Below are positions 61,129 through 64,000 of a stretch of 64,000 nucleotides of DNA, in pieces. Below the pieces are notes generated by a model that saw only the letters and a program-made list of their open reading frames with translations, did not search any database and had not been told where the DNA came from. Both the position numbers and the translations under genes were made by a program. This stretch comes from an uncultured Planctomycetaceae bacterium (GTDB lineage Bacteria; Planctomycetota; Planctomycetia; Pirellulales; Pirellulaceae): positions 198,539-262,538 of the forward strand of contig CAWDMH010000011.1 of NCBI GenBank assembly GCA_963803365.1, in the 5' to 3' direction. Numbering within the stretch: position 1 is the stretch's first letter; each line of letters begins with the position of its first letter.

Positions 61129-61699
61129 GAAAGACTCCGGCGGCACGGCAGTTCAATGGGGCAATGCCCGTTGGGTCAGCGAGGTAGGTCGAATCGACGT
61201 GAGGCGTCGATGCACGTTGCAGAGGCGAATCCGGGTCCGATTCCACATTGGGTCGACTCTAGTTGCGTTATCGCGCAACCCCACATGAACCGGGTGGGCA
61301 TGGGGAAGTGCATTATAGTTGGGGACTCATCGGCTTCAACGGCAGCCCAGCGGTCACCGCCAACCGTTCTTTCTCGACCGAGGTTGGTATCGGAAAACAC
61401 ACACCCGTTGGCGATTTGAACATCGTCCGATTGTTGGATGCACTGACGGCAGGTCCAACGATAAAATCGAGAGTTTTGCCGAGTCCTGACCTGGTCCGCA
61501 ACCCTGTTCGACAATGTCGCACAACACAAATTCCGTGTCGCTCGTTGTCGTCATTCGAAGATTTCAACTAATCTTAATAGGCCCACACAACATCCCTTTA
61601 AGCGTCCTCGCATCAGAGGTAGGTGTTCACGGGTTGCTAATGCGCCGCCCACGTTTTCAGGGGGTCAGGCACATTTTCGGCGGCTCATGCGACATTCAA

Positions 61700-61928
61700 G
61701 TGCTTTGTCAAGTCTTAGAATTGGGGTTGTGTGCCACTGGCTTCGCCAGTGCGGGTCGGCAATAGGATCGCACGCAAAATAACTTCGCCCCTAATTCCTC
61801 GCCCTTACGGGAGAGGTTAAGGAGAGGGTCGACAAAACCGGGAAGTTATTTTGCGTGCGATCCATACACGACGCTCATTTACAATGGCACAGCCAATGGC
61901 ACCCCAAGATTAAGTACTGAAAGTGCAC
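61700..61928. mobile_element. MITE family D, copy D5, inserted into E4 at a TA and itself interrupted by B5
   Basis: An uninterrupted E reads acattcTAgta. Here it reads acattcAA[gtgctttgtcaag...aaagtgcac]TAgta. Confidence 0.85.
61765..61863. mobile_element. MITE family B, copy B5, inserted into D5 with an ATA target duplication
   Basis: An uninterrupted D reads ggcaatacacgac. Here it reads ggcaATA[ggatcgcacg...gtgcgatcc]ATAcacgac. Confidence 0.9.
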
Positions 61929-62012
61929 TAGTATCAATATTGGGCCGAAAATGAGCCAGACCCCGGCTCGTGAACAGTTACCATCAGAGGATCAGAGAAT
62001 AGCCTTGCCGAA

Positions 62013-63050
62013 ATGAACGTGGTCCACGAACCCTCATCGATTCCCAAATCGGACAACCGGACAGACAAAACCAGTCGGCCCCTCGCCAGCATTTCGCTGG
62101 ACTTGGACGACAAGTGGACTTATCTCAAGACCCACGGCGACCCGTGGGAAGCGTTTCCGAGTTATCTAGAGCTCGTCGTGCCTCGGATTCTCGAATTCCT
62201 CGAGAAATCCACGCTCCGGATCACGTTTTTTATCGTGGGCCAAGACGCCGAATTCGCTCGGCATCACGCCACGCTGCAGTCCATCGCCGACGCGGGGCAC
62301 GAAGTCGGCAACCACTCGTTTCGCCACGAGCCCTGGCTGCACGATTACACGCAGCAAGAAGTCCAACAAGAGATCGAACGCGCCGAAGAGGCAATACAGT
62401 CGGCCACCGGACAGCGGCCCATTGGTTTTCGAGGACCCGGTTTCAGCATGTCACAAACCGTCTTGCAGATCCTCAGCGATCGCGGCTATCGATACGACGC
62501 ATCGACGTTCCCCACGTTTTTGGGTCCGGCGGCCCGAGCCTATTACTTTTTGAAGTCCCGACTCACCGGACAACAAAGGAAACAACGCCGGGCGCTGTTT
62601 GGCCGTCTGCGCGACGGCCTGCAATCGAACCGGCCTTTCCTGTGGAACACACGGAATCCGTTAGTCGAAATCCCGGTGACGACGATGCCGTTCGTGAAGC
62701 TGCCGATGCACATGAGTTATCTCAACTATCTCTCGGCGTACAGTCGCATCGCCGCCAAACTCTATGCGTGGAAGTCGCAAACTCTGTGTCGACTTGTGTC
62801 GTTGGGCCCGTCGCTGCTGCTACACCCGCTGGATTTCTTGGGACCCGAGGACGAGAGCGACTTGTCGTTCTTTCCCGGCATGAACCTTTCCGCCGCTAAG
62901 AAAATCGATCTGTTGATCGGCGTGGTTCGTTCGATGCGAAAGTCGTTCGACCTGGTGACGATGGCACAACAAGCTAGCCGCCTCGCCACAGGTCGGCTTC
63001 GCCTTCGAAATCTAAACACGGCCCTACCCGGCCGCCCAATAGCGCGTTGA
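62013..63050 (+). CDS. polysaccharide deacetylase (NodB-homology / CE4) family protein
   Basis: ISLDLDDKW...LRITFFIVGQDAEF...IADAGHEVGNHSFRHEPW...GQRPIGFRGPGFS fits the family. The ORF is intact. Confidence 0.8.
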   Translation: MNVVHEPSSIPKSDNRTDKTSRPLASISLDLDDKWTYLKTHGDPWEAFPSYLELVVPRILEFLEKSTLRITFFIVGQDAEFARHHATLQSIADAGHEVGNHSFRHEPWLHDYTQQEVQQEIERAEEAIQSATGQRPIGFRGPGFSMSQTVLQILSDRGYRYDASTFPTFLGPAARAYYFLKSRLTGQQRKQRRALFGRLRDGLQSNRPFLWNTRNPLVEIPVTTMPFVKLPMHMSYLNYLSAYSRIAAKLYAWKSQTLCRLVSLGPSLLLHPLDFLGPEDESDLSFFPGMNLSAAKKIDLLIGVVRSMRKSFDLVTMAQQASRLATGRLRLRNLNTALPGRPIAR

Positions 63051-63240
63051 ACGACGTTCTGTCATCCCCGCGCAGGCGGCGATCCAGCCAGTTTCTGTCA
63101 TCCTCGCGCAGGCGGGGATCCAGCATTGCGGAAGTCAATCCCCGCTGGATTCCTGCCTCCCACCTTCGCTGGGGACAGGCTTCGCGGGAATGACGTTCAG
63201 CCCGGTTGTTGAGATGAGTCGTTTTTCAACACGCTGCCAG
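63046..63240. mobile_element. MITE family A, copy A6, with a duplicated arm
   Basis: TA gcgcgttgaacgacgttctgtcatccccgcgcaggcggcgatcc...gtcatcctcgcgcaggcggggatccagcattgcg...cgcgggaatgac...cgtttttcaacacgctgc. Confidence 0.75.
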
Positions 63241-63299
63241 ACTGACGTTCAGGCAATAGAACTCCGCTCAATCCACACGCAACTCTAGCGATTGATACT

Positions 63300-63848
63300 C
63301 TAGCGATTGATGATTCGCGGAAGGATTCGCGGGAACGGCAACGGCTCGCGCGGCGGAAGCCGCAGACCGGTCTCCCGTTGCCATTGAACTCGCTCGGAAC
63401 CGTCGGCGTAATACCGCAACCAAGTCTCCTCTTCCACTTGCGGATCGATGCATTGCCAGTGAAGGTAAGTCTGCGGCAGCAATACTTGCTTTTCGTATTC
63501 GGGCAAGATACTGCGGGCAATCAAGCAGTAGAGTTGCCGATCGGACAAGTGTCCCGTGTATTCCAACACGATATGCTTGTCAAACAGCTTGGCCATCGTC
63601 TGGTGGAGCAGCCGCATCAACTGTTGATCGTCGAGCGTTTCGGGGCGGGGCAAAGTCAACTCCGGGTCAAACCAGCGGCCGATCGGCACCACCGGAGCGC
63701 GTTCCCACGCCAACAACGATTCCAAATACTCGTTCTCGACCCCTGTCGTCATCTGTTGCGTGTCGACGACGGTCATCGATTCATCGGCGTACCGCTCCAA
63801 TTCATTTCGCAATTGAGCGTTGTGCAACAGTTGATCGACGTCTTGCAT
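63300..63848 (-). CDS. conserved hypothetical protein
   Basis: The likely start is the ATG at 63848 (MQDVDQLLHNAQLRNELERYADES). The first 30 codons of the track ORF are a translation of MITE B6. A 15-bp direct repeat (ctctagcgattgat x2) straddles the stop. Confidence 0.55.
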   Translation of the reverse strand: MQDVDQLLHNAQLRNELERYADESMTVVDTQQMTTGVENEYLESLLAWERAPVVPIGRWFDPELTLPRPETLDDQQLMRLLHQTMAKLFDKHIVLEYTGHLSDRQLYCLIARSILPEYEKQVLLPQTYLHWQCIDPQVEEETWLRYYADGSERVQWQRETGLRLPPREPLPFPRILPRIINR

Positions 63849-63895
63849 GGTTCGGTTGACGGTGCTCAAAGTATCTGGCCTCGCGAGTCGCGTTA

Positions 63896-63993
63896 GGATC
63901 GGACGTAAAATAATTTCGCCGTAAATCCTCGCCCTCACGGGAGAGGCTTAGGGAGAGGGTCGACAAAACCGGGAAGTTATTTTGCGTGCGATG
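63896..63993. mobile_element. MITE family B, copy B6, with a TTA target duplication
   Basis: tta at 63893-95 and tta at 63994-96 flank ggatcggacgtaaaataatttc...gaagttattttgcgtgcgatgc. Confidence 0.85.
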
Positions 63994-64000
63994 CTTAGCT

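Larger units (their letters stand above)
61620..61981. mobile_element. MITE family E, copy E4, with the 9-bp target duplication CATCAGAGG; host of a nested D/B insertion
   Basis: catcagagg occurs at 61611-61619 and 61982-61990. The two E halves (61620-61697 and 61931-61981) align with E3. Confidence 0.9.

Noticed and set aside
1-64000. Programmed ribosomal frameshifting or recoding as the explanation for the split genes
   Set aside because: Nearly thirty events occur in unrelated housekeeping genes. They share no slippery heptamer or downstream structure, and several fall in simple homopolymers. Indel error or decay is far more parsimonious.

Overview
This 64-kb GC-rich chromosomal segment looks planctomycetal, most like Pirellulaceae/Rhodopirellula. 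That is an inference from gene content: a DUF1559 'H-X9-DG' prepilin-like protein, DUF1501, an arylsulfatase, a PEP-CTERM protein, a giant secreted protein and an alpha-2-macroglobulin. All product calls come from motifs I recognise in the supplied translations; I ran no searches.

I can support about 46 protein-coding genes:
- an acyl-CoA carboxylase beta subunit (left edge)
- a PepSY/acidic-repeat protein
- an OmpR-type two-component pair
- hicAB
- a PfkB kinase / alpha-beta hydrolase / CitG-like operon
- pxpBCA
- dnaE2, a sulfatase, dps, a ~2000-aa alpha-2-macroglobulin, pcm, arfB
- a polysaccharide (Wzz/Wzx/Wzy-type) locus
- an FHA / pseudo-caspase giant protein / Cys-rich lipoprotein block

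I found no rRNA, tRNA or CRISPR array.

Two window-wide features stand out:
1. About 28 single-base frame breaks, often at homopolymers, split at least 20 conserved genes into adjacent ORFs. Many track ORFs are therefore fragments of one gene.
2. The intergenic space holds at least seven short repeat/MITE families (here A-G, about 30 copies). Several have readable target-site duplications, and there are four nested insertions, including a three-deep nest at 61.6-62.0 kb.

The candidate for an undescribed system is the same-strand block at 39.6-47.8 kb. It comprises an FHA protein with an unassigned C-terminal domain, a membrane-anchored ~1600-aa protein whose caspase-like domain has lost both catalytic residues, and a lipoprotein with two DnaJ-type CxxCxGxG fingers.
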